Shown here: one piece after another, positions 25,896 through 38,294 of the stretch
Layout of the letters: every line of letters begins with the position of its first letter
How positions within the stretch are numbered: the first letter of the stretch is position 1
From: Mobula hypostoma
Taxonomy: Eukaryota
NCBI RefSeq assembly: GCF_963921235.1
Contig: NC_086108.1
Span: 41,790,001 to 41,854,000, forward strand
DNA length: 64,000 bases
Direction: 5' to 3'
Program-made: the position numbers and the translations under genes
The notes under the pieces: model-generated
The model's input: the letters and a program-made list of their open reading frames with translations, nothing else
What the model was told of the DNA's origin: nothing
Database searches by the model: none

Positions 25896-28244
25896 CACCC
25901 CGCTCTGGTCTTCTGCCTGCTCTGGATCTCTTTATTGCTAACTGCCGACGGGACATCAACTGTCTCGACTTCACCGCACCTTGTCCCCATTCCAACCTCA
26001 CTCCTTCAGAACGCTCTGCTCTCCACTCCCTCCGCACTAATCCTAACCTTATTATTAAACCTGCCGATAAGGGGGGTGCTGTTGTAGTCTGGCGTACTGA
26101 CCTCTACCTTGCCGAGGCACAGCGACAACTCGCGGATACCTCCTCTTATTTACCCCTCGATCGTGACCCCACTAAGGAGCACCAGGCCATTGTTTCCCAC
26201 ACCATCACCGACTTTATCCGCTCAGGGGATCTCCCATCCACTGCTACCAACCTTATAGTTCCCACACCCCGCACTTCCCGTTTCTACCTCCTACCCAAGA
26301 TCCACAAACCTGCCTGTCCTGGCCGACCTATGTCTCAGCTTGCTCCTGCCCCACCGAACTCATTTCTGCATACCTCGACACTGTTTTATCACCCCTTGTT
26401 CAATCCCTTCCGACCTATGTTCGTGACACTTCTCACGCTCTTAAACTTTTCGATGATTTTAAGTTCCCTGGCCCCCACCGCTTTATTTTCACCATGGATG
26501 TCCAGTCCTTATATACTTCCATCCCCCATCAGGAAGGTCTCAAAGCTCTCTGCTTCTTTTTGGATTCCAGACCTAATCAGTTCCCCTCTACCACCACTCT
26601 GCTCTGTCTAGCGGAATTAGTCCTTACTCTTAATAATTTCTCCTTTGGCTGCTCCCACTTCCTCCAAACTAAAGGTGTAGCTATGGGCACCCGTATGGGT
26701 CCTAGCTATGCCTGCCTTTTTGTTGGGTTTGTGGAACAATCTATATTCCGTGCCTATTCTGGTATCTGTCCCCCATTTTTCCTTCACTACATCGACGACT
26801 GCACTGGCGCTGCTTCCTGCATGCATGCAGAACTCGTTGACTTTATTAACTTTGCCTCCAACTTTCACCCTGCCCTCAAGTTTACCTGGTCCATTTCCGA
26901 CACCTCCCTCCCCTTTCTAGATCTTTCTGTCTCTGTCTCTGGAGACAGCTTATCCACTGATGTCTACTATAAGCCTACTGACTCTCACAGCTATCTGGAC
27001 TATTCCTCTTCTCACCCTGTCTTTTGCAAAAACGCCATCCCCTTCTCGCAATTCCTCCGTCTCCGCCGCATCTGCTCTCAGGATGAGGCTTTTCATTCTA
27101 GGACGAGGGAGATGTCTTCCTTTTTTAAAGAAAGGGGCTTCCCTTCCTCCACCATCAACTCTGCTCTTAAACGCATCTCCCCCATTTCACGTACATCTGC
27201 TCTCACTCCATCCTCCCACCACCCCACTAGGAATAGGGTTCCCCTGGTCCTCACCTACCACCCCACCAACCTCCGGGTCCAACATATTATTCTCCGTAAC
27301 TTCCGCCACCTCCAACGGGATCCCACCACTAAGCACATCTTTCCCTCCCCCCCCCTCTGCATTCCGCAGGGATCGCTCCCTACACAACTCCCTTGTCCAT
27401 TCGTCCCCCCCATCCCTCCCCACTGATCTCCCTCCTGGCACTTATCCGTGTAAGCGGAACAAGTGCTACACATGCCCTTACACTTCCTCCCTTACCACCA
27501 TTCAGGGCCCCAAACAGTCCTTCCAGGTGAGGCATCACTTCACCTGTGAGTCGAATGGGGTGATATACTGCGTCCGGTGCTCCCGATGTGGCCTTTTATA
27601 TATTGGCGAGACCCGACGCAGACGGGAGACCGCTTTGCTGAACATCTACGCTCTGTCCGCCAGAGAAAGCAGGATCTCCCAGTGGCCACACATTTTAATT
27701 CCACATCTCATTCCCATTCTGACATGTCTATCCACGGCCTCCTCTACTGTAAAGATGAAGCCACACTCAGGTTGGAGGAACAACACCTTATATTCCATCT
27801 GGGTAGCCTCCAACCTGATGGCATGAACATCGACTTCTCTAACTTCCGCTAAGGCCCCACCTCCCCCTCGTACCCCATCTGTTACTCATTTTTATGCACA
27901 CATTCTTTCTCTCACTCTCCTTTTTCTCCCTCTGTCCCTCTGAATATACCTCTTGCCCATCCTCTGGGTCACCCCCCCCCTTGTCTTTCTTCCCGGACTT
28001 CCTGTCCCATGATCCTCTCGTATCCCCTTTTGCCTATCACTTGTCCAGCTCTCGGCTCTATCCCTCCCCCTCCTGTCTTCTCCTATCATTTTGGATCTCC
28101 CCCTCCCCCTCCAACTTTCAAATCCCTTACTCACTCTTCCTTCAGTTAGTCCTGACGAAGGGTCTCGGCCTGAAACGTCGACTGTACCTCTTCCTACAGA
28201 TGCTGCTTGGCCTGCTGCGTTCACCAGCAACTTTGATGTATGTT
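25871..28244 (+). mobile_element. Penelope-like element (Neptune type), right arm of inverted dimer
   Basis: IIKPADKGGAVV, FYLLPKIHK, GRP, MDVQSLYT, YIDD, linker CKRNKCYTC, VIYCVRCSRCGLLYIGET, then pLTR; frameshifted; the whole dimer is flanked by the TSD GAGAGACAGATATC. Confidence 0.95.
28143..28184 (+). ncRNA. Minimal hammerhead ribozyme motif in Penelope pLTR
   Basis: CTGACGA 28152-28158, GAAA 28172-28175, GTC 28177-28179, stem I AGTC 28148-28151 / GACT 28180-28183. Confidence 0.82.
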
Positions 28245-29551
28245 GAGAGACAGATATCGCTCCTTCCACAGCGACAGAGTAGACAATAGTTGCTATTTCG
28301 ATGTTACAGTCAATCTGAAGCATTGCGTTTTTTAAATTTTGAGTTTCCTGACTCGAGAGTTGGCAAAAACAATTACCGAGTGCAAAGCCCTCCGACAGCC
28401 ACTCTCGCTATCTTCAATGCTCCGGCTCCCGCTACATTTCAGTATGCAATACTGGCAAAAGCTTGTGTCTAAGAGCAGAGTTACAATGATCTGAATGGTC
28501 TCAGCTGCAATTCACAGCTGTCTCAGCATTTGCTAGCCCAATTGAAAATACCTCCACTTTATTTGCATTTTTTCACTACAAGCTCAATAGTCAGCCAGAT
28601 CCTTCCCAAAGCAATATGCAAATCGTCCAATATAATTAGTCATGCGATTGTACTTGGTACTTCAGAATCTATCCACCTTATAAATATATGTTTCCAGAAC
28701 CCCTGTTACAATCTAACTTAAGACGTGCTGAAATTTTATTCCCATCCAGTTCCGTCACTTGACCATGTTGTTGGGGGAAGCACAGAGCTGGAAAGAATGT
28801 AATGAGTATTGGCCACCACGGTCCACTCAGAATGGCTGCCTTAACAGTGACCAGGAAAAATACCTGAGGCAGCAGCGCATCAACACTTTCAGCTGGAAAA
28901 AGTCTTTTATGCCGGGAAAGTAAAGGATAGAAAAATGGGTTTCACGTTTTATTTTTATAAATACTGTATTCTTCCCCCACACAACTCTGATAGGAGTACA
29001 TCTGTCTCAGAATACCACAGAGCTCCTCTAGCTGTGCTATGTCCTCATTATGCAATTTTCTACACCACTGATATAATTCAAAACACATTCGACATTGTTC
29101 AGGCAGTTTTGTGCTGTGCATTGCAGTCTTACAATTGGTTTCTTAAGGGAATTGATTAAACTCACATATAAACTGATGAAATGTGTAAAGTCTCAGATAA
29201 TTGCCTTTCACACTATCATACATTTTAATAGCTATAAGCATAATGATCTTTGATCTTCCTGAGGAACTGCACACATAGAATTGGACCCGTATTAAGTATT
29301 TTGGGGACCAGCTAGCATACATCATTTTTATGCCATGGATGGAACTGTCCATTGAGAAATGAAGGTATACATTGTTGATGCCAACCAGATTTAAAGAACT
29401 GTGTTACTGCAACAAGCGATGTTGGCTGGAAGGGCAAATTGTTTATATTCAGAATGTGCAGAATGCAGAGTTCTAGCCGCAAATAGATTATTCAAAATTG
29501 CATATCAGTATACCTTTAAATGTGCATACAAATTTATTTTTATATAACTTT

Positions 29552-30600
29552 AGAATCAGAAGAGCAGAATCAGAATCAGGCTTATTATCACTGAGAATTT
29601 GTGGTAGCAGTACAGTGCAAGGCATAAAAATTATTTTAATTTACAAAATATGTAAATAGTGTAAAAGATGAATAACAATGTAGTAGTGTTCATGAGTTCA
29701 CGAACCATTCAGAAATCTGATTGTGGAGGGGAAGAAGTTACTCCTAAAATATTGAGGCCCTCGACCTCCACCCTGATGATAGTCATCAGAAGAGGACATG
29801 GGTGGTGAGGGTCTTTAATGACAGATGACACCTTCCTTAGGCACTGCCTGTTGAAGATGCCCTTGATGGTGGGGAAGCTAGTGTGAATGATTGTGCTGGA
29901 TGAGGTTACAACCCTCTGCATCTTTATCAATCCTGTGTATTGCAGCCTCTATACCAGGCAGTGAAGCGACCACTCAGAATGCTCTCCATGGTATGTCTGT
30001 AGAAATTTGATAGGGTCTTTGGTGACATACCAAATCTCCTCAAAATCCTAATGAGTACGGCAATTCTTTATGATTGTATCAATATGATGGGCCCAGAACA
30101 AATCCTCTGAGATGTTGACTTCCAGGAATTTGAAGCTACTCACCCTTTCCACCACTGACCTCCCAGTGAGGACTGGAGTGTGCTCACACAACTTCCCCTT
30201 CTTAAGCCTGATATCAATTCCTTGGTCTTGCTGATGCTAATTACGAGGGTGGTGTTGTATCACCACTAAACCAGCCATTCTAACTTATGCCTCCTCAACA
30301 GCACCTGAGATCTTCCCCACAACAAGTGTTACTTGTGAATTCATGGCAGTGCCTAACCACACAGTCATGAGTGTAGAAAGAGTAGAGCAGTGGGCTAAGC
30401 ACACATCCTCGATGTGCACTTGTATTGATTGTCAGGGAGGAGAAGATGTTATTACTGGTCGACATTGACTGCTGTCTCCTGATGAGGAAGTCAAGAATCC
30501 AGTTGTGGAAGGAGGTACAGAGGCCCAGGTTTTGAAGCTTGTTCATTAGCACTGAGCAAATGATGGTGTTGAATGCTAAGCTGTAATCAATAAACAGGTG
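29552..30600 (-). mobile_element. Rex1/Babar LINE 3' fragment (degenerate)
   Basis: LFIDYSLAFNTI, NWILDFL, GCVLSPLLYSFYTHDC, IKDPHHP; (AATCAG)n tail at 29552-29580. Confidence 0.85.
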
Positions 30601-30844
30601 TACTGTAGGTATTATCCTCACTTTCAAAGGGTGCAGAAAAGGCTTTGAGCTCATCAAGGAGTGAAGCATAACTGTCATTTACGTCTCATTTATTCTGCGG
30701 TATGCCACATTCATCCTGTTCCAAAAAATGACATTCTCATTTTGAAACCAGTCAGACGCTATAAGAGAAAATGCAACTAATTGAGTGAGAGTTGGGTTGG
30801 ACGTATGTGTAGCCAAGTTGAGGAACTGGGGATTGATTGATATC

Positions 30845-33800
30845 AGAAGATGGCAGCACACACGGTCACAGTAGCCTCTTCGACTCCAATCAACGGTGAA
30901 GTTTCTTGTTCTGTTCATCTTTTTTATGGTTGAAAAATAGTTCTGATCATAAGGAACACTAAAATCTGCAAGTTTACCCAGTAGCGAGCGGGATAATGAA
31001 GGTGCTCGGTAGTTACAACCTAACGTGTGGAGCAGACCTCTGCACCACACAGTGGCCTGTGCTCCTGACGATTCTACTTGCTAACATCCAACCACTAGAA
31101 AATAAACTGGATTACCTGTGGCTGCATCTGAACCAGTGTGAGATAAGGGATTGCTGCACACACTTTCCAACAGATACATGTCTCCAGGACACCATTCCAG
31201 ATTTGGCCTTCCAGCTAGAAGATCTAATCTCCTTTTGGGCTGACAGAAATGCTATGACCTGTGGTAAGACCTACAGAGGAGGTCTGTATGTCTACATTAA
31301 TAAGAACTGGTGTGTGAACACATCGGTAGTAACAGCCTACTGCTCACCACAGATAGAGATTTTAATGGTGACGTGCAGACCCTTCTACTTATGAAGGGAG
31401 ATGACTGCCATTGTGATTGTTGCTGTTTACATCCCCCTTCCCCTGGGCTGCTGGGAGAGTGCTGCAGGAGCTCCACGGCCACCATCTGCAACCTCGAAGC
31501 CACTCACCCTCACCCCAATGATTTCTTCATTGTTGCTTGTGACTTCTGTCATGCCAATTTAAATACAGATCTGTCAAAATTCTACTAGCATGTCAGCTTT
31601 GCAACCAGAGGTGGGAACACATTAGACCTGATTTATGCCACCATTCCTGGAGTCCACAAGTGTGCTCACCCACCACTCTGCCCTTACCTCCGATACTCAG
31701 ACCACGTATCCATTTTGCTAATCCCTGGATACAGAGCACTGGTTAAACGTGTTAAACCAGTTTGCGGGGATATCAGGACCTGGCCTGGGGGCACTACCTC
31801 ATTGCTGCAGGACTGTTTTGAAAGCACAGACTGGAGCATATTCAGGGAGGGGGCTACCTACGATTATCACGTCAACACTAATGAAAATGCAGGATCGGTG
31901 AATGGCTACGTCGGAAAATGCACTGAGGTCTTTACTGTGATTAAACACTACAATGCAGGGCAGTCCAGAAACCATGGTTGACCGCAGAGATTCGTGCACT
32001 GTTTAGGGATTGGGACGCTGCCTTCAGATCAGAGAATAAGACAGCCCTAAGGTCAGCAAGAGCCGCACTCTCTCATGTTATCAGGAAGTCAAAGTGAGAG
32101 TACTCACAGAAAACCCACAGATACCTCTGTGACACCAGGGACATGTGACACATGTGGCAAGGTACAAAAACCATAACCGATTACCAGTCTACCCTGCGCG
32201 TCAATAACAGCGATGCCTCCCTTCGGGATAGGCCGGATGGTTTCTGTGCACGATTTGATGCAGTGAATAATGGGACATCGAGAAAAGTCCCCTCTCCTCT
32301 TGAAGAACAGGCACCCTATCTGGCCATGACTGAGGTGAGGAGGAACCTACCCAGGGTGAACCCACAAAGAACTGCAGGGCCGGACAACATACCTCGTCAG
32401 GTACTGAAGGATTGTGCAGACTCACTAACAAAAGTCTTAGTGCACATCGTTAATATCTCTTTGTTATAGTCCGCTGTCTCTGCAGGCTTCAATAAATCCA
32501 CCATCTTTCTGGTGCAATGGTAACTGGCCTAGACGATTTCGGTTTTGGTTTTGGTTTGCTGGCCTTTATTAATCAGAGCATTGAGTATAGGAGTTGGGAT
32601 TTAATGTTGAATTTGTATAAGGCATTGGTAAGGCCAAATCTGGAGTATTGTGTACGGTTCTGGTCACCGAATTATAGGAAGGATGTCAATAAAATTGAGA
32701 GAGTACAGAGGAGGTTTACTAAAATGTTGCCTGGGTTTCATCTCCTAAGTTACAGAGAAAGGTTGAACAAGTTAGGTCTTTATTCTTTGGAGCGTAGAAG
32801 GTTGAGGGGAGACTTGATAGAGGTGTTTAAAATTATGAGGAGAATTGATAGAGTTGACGTGGTTAGATTTTTCCATTGAGAGTGGAGAAGATTCAAACAA
32901 GAGGGCATGGGTTGAGAATTAGAGGACAAAAGTTTAGGGGTAACATGAGGGGGAACTTCTTTACTCAGAGAGTGGTAGCTGTGTGGAATGAGCTTCCAGC
33001 AGAAGAGTTAAGGCAGGTTCTATGTTGTCGTTTAAAGTTAAATTGGATAGATATATGGACAGGAAAGGAATGGAGGGTTATGGGCTAAGTGCAGATCGGT
33101 GGGAATAGGATAGGGTAAGAGTTCGGCATGGACTAGAAAGGCCGAGATGGCCTGTTTCCGTGCTGTAATTGTTATATGATTATATATGGTCATATGATTA
33201 CTGCCCAGAGGCACTGACTCAACAATCATGAGTGGCTGGTAATGGATCATATAAAATCCAACCTTCCTGCTATATTGAATCGTTTCCAGTTCTTCTACCA
33301 CTCAAACTGGTGCACTGACGATGCCATAGCCTTGGCCCAACTCTCCGTCCTGTCCCACCGAGAAAGCAATGCTTCATATGCAAAGTTGTTGCTCATTGAC
33401 TTCAGCTCAGTGTTTAACACAATCATCCCTCAGAGGCTGGTGAGTAAACTGTCCTCAACAATCTCAGCAATCCCCTCTGGAACCGGATCTTGGACTTCTT
33501 GATGGAAAGACCCCAGTAAGTCTGAGTTGGCAGCTCTCCTCAAGCATCATCAAGCTGGGCACTGGTGGAAGAGAGGCTTGTCCAATGGTGTGAAAATAAC
33601 AACCTAAGGCTCAACATGGTCAAGACAAAACAGATGATTGTGAACTTCAGGAAGGTGCAGGTTGACCACTCTCCATTGCACATCAATGGCTCTGCCACAG
33701 AGAGAGTTAAGAACACCAGGTTCCTTGGTGTACACATAATGGATGATCTAACCTGGACCCACAAACCCTCATTGGTGGAGAAGGCTCAGTAGCATCTACA

Positions 33801-34170
33801 GTTCCTGAGAAGACTGAGGTCCGCAAGGCTCCCTGCCCCCATTCCAAAAACTTTCTACAGGAGGACCATCAAGAGTGCCTCGTCAGACGGCATCGTTGCA
33901 CTGTACAGAAGCTGCTAAGCACTGAACCACAAATTTCTACAAATAAAAACCACCGAGAGGATCACTGGGGTCTCTCTCCCCCCCCCCCCCGTCCGTGATA
34001 TTTATTGGGATTGTTGCATACAAAGGGCCCAAAGCATTGTTAAGGATCCCTACCGCCCACCCCACAAACTTATTGACCCACTACCATCAGGACGGAGATC
34101 CAGGAGCTTCAGGACTTAGGACTGCCAGAATAAATACCCTGCCACCATTGAGGTCTCAGCACTAGAACAC
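30845..34170 (+). mobile_element. Near full-length degenerate Rex1/Babar LINE (APE endonuclease plus RT); probable 3' tail at 36190-37005
   Basis: LANIQPLENKLD, GGLYVYINKNWC, CRPFYL, LQDCFESTDW, AGPDNIP, IDFSSVFNTI, WCENNNLRLN, FLGVHI; interrupted by a CR1. Confidence 0.9.
32540..33197 (+). mobile_element. CR1 LINE 3' fragment inserted in Rex1
   Basis: LYKALVRPNLEYCVRFWSP, RRRLRGDLIEVFK, FFTQRVVAVWNELP; tail GTTATATG-like repeats. Confidence 0.92.
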
Positions 34171-34174
34171 GAAG

Positions 34175-36192
34175 CAGTCAAGCGCAGCACCTTTAAGGAC
34201 CATCGCCATGGCTGGAAGCACGGCGGGGGGGAGGGGGTTAGTGTTGCGGGGGGGGGGTTGGTTTCGAAGCCTGGCTGAAATGCAGAGAAATGAGGCCTCC
34301 TCTACCCAGCATCTCGTTGGCAAATGTGCAGTCTCTGGAAAATAAGATTGACGATCTCAGAGGCAGATCTCAATTGTTTGCTGTAACAAGACTTGGTTAT
34401 CTGCGGACACGCCGGATGCAGCAGTCAGACCAGATGAATTTATGGTTTTCAAGATGGATCAGACTGCAGATTCTGGTAAAGAAAAGGGTGGAGGCCATGT
34501 GTTTTTTTGGTCAATTCTCGTTGGTCCTCCATCGTGGTAGTTATGTTGAACTCGTGTTCCTCTGACTTGGAACAGCTGTCGATCAAATGTAAACCATTCC
34601 ATTTGCCTTGGGAGTTCTCATCTGCGATCCTAACAACAATTTACACACCACCAGCGGCCGACTGTAAGCAAGCACTCGTGACACTGCACGATGTCATCTG
34701 CCAACAAGAAACAGCCCATCCTGATGCATTTGAAATTATAGTCAGGGACTTCAACCAGGCCTGTTTAAAGAATACCCTGCCCAATTATCACCAGTATTTA
34801 ACCTGTAGCACCAGAGGTTGCAACGCACGAAACCACTGCTACACTATGATAAGGAATGCCTATCGTTCCTTGCCTAGACTCGTCGTTGTGGCTATCCCTC
34901 GAGGTCGAGGATGATGGTCTTCATTCTGTTGATCTACTTATGGGCTCTCAAGTGGCTTACGAGTCCAATCTTGGCTTTGAAAGTTCTCCTGCATTCAGGA
35001 CAGGTAGTTCCAGATGGCAGATCGGGCTTTGGTTGTTGCTGCCTCTCTTTCCATTTTCTTCTCTTTTCTTCAAATTCTGCACATCTGTTGGCTTCGAAAG
35101 TTGCTGTTCCTTCTCGGATGCTGGCTTGCCAGAGTTTCCCATCCTTGGCATTATTTTCGCAATTGTTGATGTCGAAGTTACATTTCTTCATGTTGGCTTT
35201 TAAGACGTCTTTGAATCTCTTCTGTTGTCCGCCTCTTTTACGTTTGCCTTCTTTAAGCTGGGAGTAGAAGATTTGTTTCAGTAGACGTTTGTCTTTCATC
35301 CGAACAACATGAGCGCTCCATCTTAGTTGGTTCTTGATGATGTAGGCTTCAATGCTTTTTGTTTTTGCTTCATTTAGCACACTGACGTTGGTTCTTCTAT
35401 CTTCCGAGCTGATATTTAAGATGTTTCGAAGACAGCGTTGATGGAACTTTTCAAGTGCCTTCAGATGTTGTCGGTATGTTGTCCAGGTTTCTGCTGCATA
35501 CAGGAGCGTTGGGATTACCACTGTATGCAGTGGCAGCAGTTGCCTAGACTGCATTTTAGTAAATCAGGCCACCTGGCTCTCCTTGTACAATCTGCATACA
35601 GGCAGAGCCCAAAAAGCAAGGCTCCAGAGATTAGATAACTAAGAGGTGGTTACAGGAGGCAGAGGAACGGTTACAGGGTCGCCTTGAGTCAGTGGACAGG
35701 GCCGTGTTCAAGCATTCATCTGAGAATCTAAATGACTATACCAGGGTTGTAAAAGATTTTACCAAAACCACTGTAGCTGAGCGTATCCCAAGAAATTGTT
35801 TAGAGTCTACGACCATCAGAAGCCATGCACTCACTGCTGCCATCAGGTAGAAGGTACAAGAGCCTCAGGACTCGCTCCACCAGGTTCAAGAACAGTTACA
35901 ACCCTTCAACCATCAGGCTCTTGAACAAAAGGGGATAACTACACTCATCTACTGAGGTGTTCCCACAACCAATGATCTCACTTTAAGGAAGCTTTATCTT
36001 GTTATTTTGTGCTCTCATTATTTATTGTTCTCTATTTATACTTGTATTTGCAGAGTTTATTGTCTTCTATGCTCTACTTGATCTAGTTATAGTTACTATT
36101 CTGTAGATTTGCTGCGTATGTCCACATGACAAAGAATCTCAGGGTTGCATGTGGCAAGATATATAGACTCTGATAATAAAATCCACTTTCAA
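34175..36192 (+). mobile_element. Second, internally deleted Rex1/Babar LINE, interrupted by an RTE
   Basis: RPPLPSISLANVQSLENKIDDL, CKPFHLP, DFNQA; 3' portion LLPSGRRY and tail GATAATAAA at about 36170-36190. Confidence 0.85.
34881..35539 (-). mobile_element. RTE-clade LINE 3' fragment
   Basis: Open frame VVIPTLLYAAETWT...QLRWSAHVVRM...CPECRRTFKAKIGLVSHLRAHK; 11-bp TSD TTGCCTAGACT at 34870-34880 and 35540-35550. Confidence 0.93.
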
Positions 36193-36244
36193 CATTTACT
36201 ATACTATTACTGCTTATCTTTGCTACACACTACATTAAATAATA

Positions 36245-36866
36245 CAAGGAGTGATTGATAAGTCGATGGCCTAGGGTAGAAGGAGTCAATTTTAGAAAAC
36301 CTAGCACATTTATTTTTCCTACATGTACACACTTAGTCCTGCGATCGTGGAGCATACGGATCCCTTCTTTGTAGAAGTCGGCATCTTGGACCTGTAGAAG
36401 TGGTCCACAGCAGGGGTGATTGATAAGTTCGTGGCCTAAGGTAGAAGGAAATGAGTTATTAACTTCAAACTTTCTGCATTTCACTCAAAGAGTTGAACTG
36501 CACATGCATGTAACAAAAGCTGTATAACTCATCTCCTTCTACCTAAGGTCACGAACTTATGAAGCACCCCTGCTGTGGACCACCTGGAGGTCCAAGACGC
36601 TCTCATTACATGCACATGCAGTTCAACTCTTTGAGTGATAATGTAAAAAGTTTGAAGTTAATAACTCATCTCCTTCTACCTTAGGCCACGAACTTATCAA
36701 TGACCCCTGCTGTGGACCACTTCAACAAAGAAGGGATCCGTATGCTCCACAACCGCTGGACTAAGTGTGTACATGTAGGCGGGGACTATGTTGAAAAGTA
36801 AATGTGCTAGGTTTTCTAAAATTGATTCCTTCTATCTTAGGCCGCGAACGTATCAATCACCCCTTG
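36245..36866. mobile_element. Mariner-derived non-autonomous element built from inverted transposon right ends
   Basis: TA flanks at 36243-36244 and 36867-36868; TIR CAAGG(A/G)GTGATTGATA; 36721-36801 translates FNKEGIRMLHNRWTKCVHVGGDYVEK*, a mariner transposase C-terminus, mirrored at 36310-36380. Confidence 0.88.
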
Positions 36867-38294
36867 TATTTTATTAACGTTTGTGGTAATATTTTATTTA
36901 TTATGAATTCGTTACATGTTTTGTGTGTGCACTGTGGTCTGGAGGGACGTTGTTTTGTTTGGTTGTATGTATGTAGTCAGATGACAATACACTTGAACTT
37001 GAACTAATGTGTACTAAATATGAAACATTTCAAGAGCTCTTAATATTAAACTCTCTATTCCAAGTGGATTTGTTTAAAAGCTTATCCAATGAACAGTGTC
37101 TCTCCTAATAGTCCTCCATTCTGACATGATGCTATAAAGAGAGGATTATTATTCTGTATAATTCCAAACAAACTAGATTAGAAATTCTATCACATAGGAC
37201 ATGATTTTCTCTACACATTATCTGACTGAACAAAGGTTTGAACTGATCAAGGAATGAGCTTGTAATCTCACAGATCACAACTGCATATAACACAACAGTG
37301 GCATCACTGCAGTTCAGCAACACGGCCATGCCTTTGGGCTGCAGATTAGATTTAAAGAATCAAAATGGTACACCCAAGGGAAGGAGGCACTGACAGAAAG
37401 AAGCAGAAGTGAATGGTGTTATTTAAAGGGATATTTCTAATCTGCATTATTATTGGGCTTCCTTTTGTCAAAGTGGATGATTGGGTTAGCCTCAATGTAA
37501 TAACAGACACATTCAGATATAATTCAGATGAGATATTCTATAATATTTTGGGAGTGTGGGGCCAGCTACTTTGGTTTTGAGTCCTGATGTCCACCCGTCA
37601 CCATCATCTGCAATGTCAAACTGCCTGCTCCTGTAATTCACTCACTCACTCGAAGCAGTAGTTCCCATTCAGAACCATTGCTTCAAGGCCGCAAACTGCA
37701 ACAATGAATCAGAGTTTAGGCGCGGCTCCTGAAATCACGCAGAGTTTCACAAGAGTCTGCAGGTCATCCCACTCACACACAATGCAAGTACACAAAGAAA
37801 AGTTATTTCTCAATGGCATCACTGCAGATTGAACGCACTCATGTGGCCTCTTCCAAAACACAAGAAGCGCTACTGAGAAGAATTTTTCACATAATCCATT
37901 GAGGTAGGCCATACTCAACCCTCCGCGCTACTTCCATATTCCGTGGGATTTATGAAATCACCCTTAGCTTTAACAGTTACTGGCTCCCTAAACTTTGTAT
38001 CGTGATCCTGCAACCATGCTAAGAGGCAGAAAGGACCACAAATATTGAGTAGCTTAGACAATGAACAGTGAGGCCCAGCCTCAAGCCATTACAGATTATC
38101 ACAAATATTTAGACACTGTAGAGATATATTTCAATAAAAAATAATGAACACTATTATGATATATATACTTTTAAACCCATCCAACTGATGTAATATTAAT
38201 TTTAAAACATTTAGCCACATTTCTAAATGGTGATAAGTTGGAACTTTATCATCAAGTGTGTCAAGAACTGCCAACCAAAAAGAACTATCCAGCC

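Larger units (their letters stand above)
23170..28470 (-). mobile_element. Unclassified non-coding interspersed repeat, split by the Penelope dimer
   Basis: 23170-23535 joined to 28259-28470 is collinear, in reverse complement, with the element at 42085-42920; the right boundary is approximate. Confidence 0.6.

Noticed and set aside
25751..27826. Possible intact or domesticated Penelope RT gene
   Set aside because: 5'-truncated and broken by several frameshifts; the apparent N-terminus comes from junction repeats
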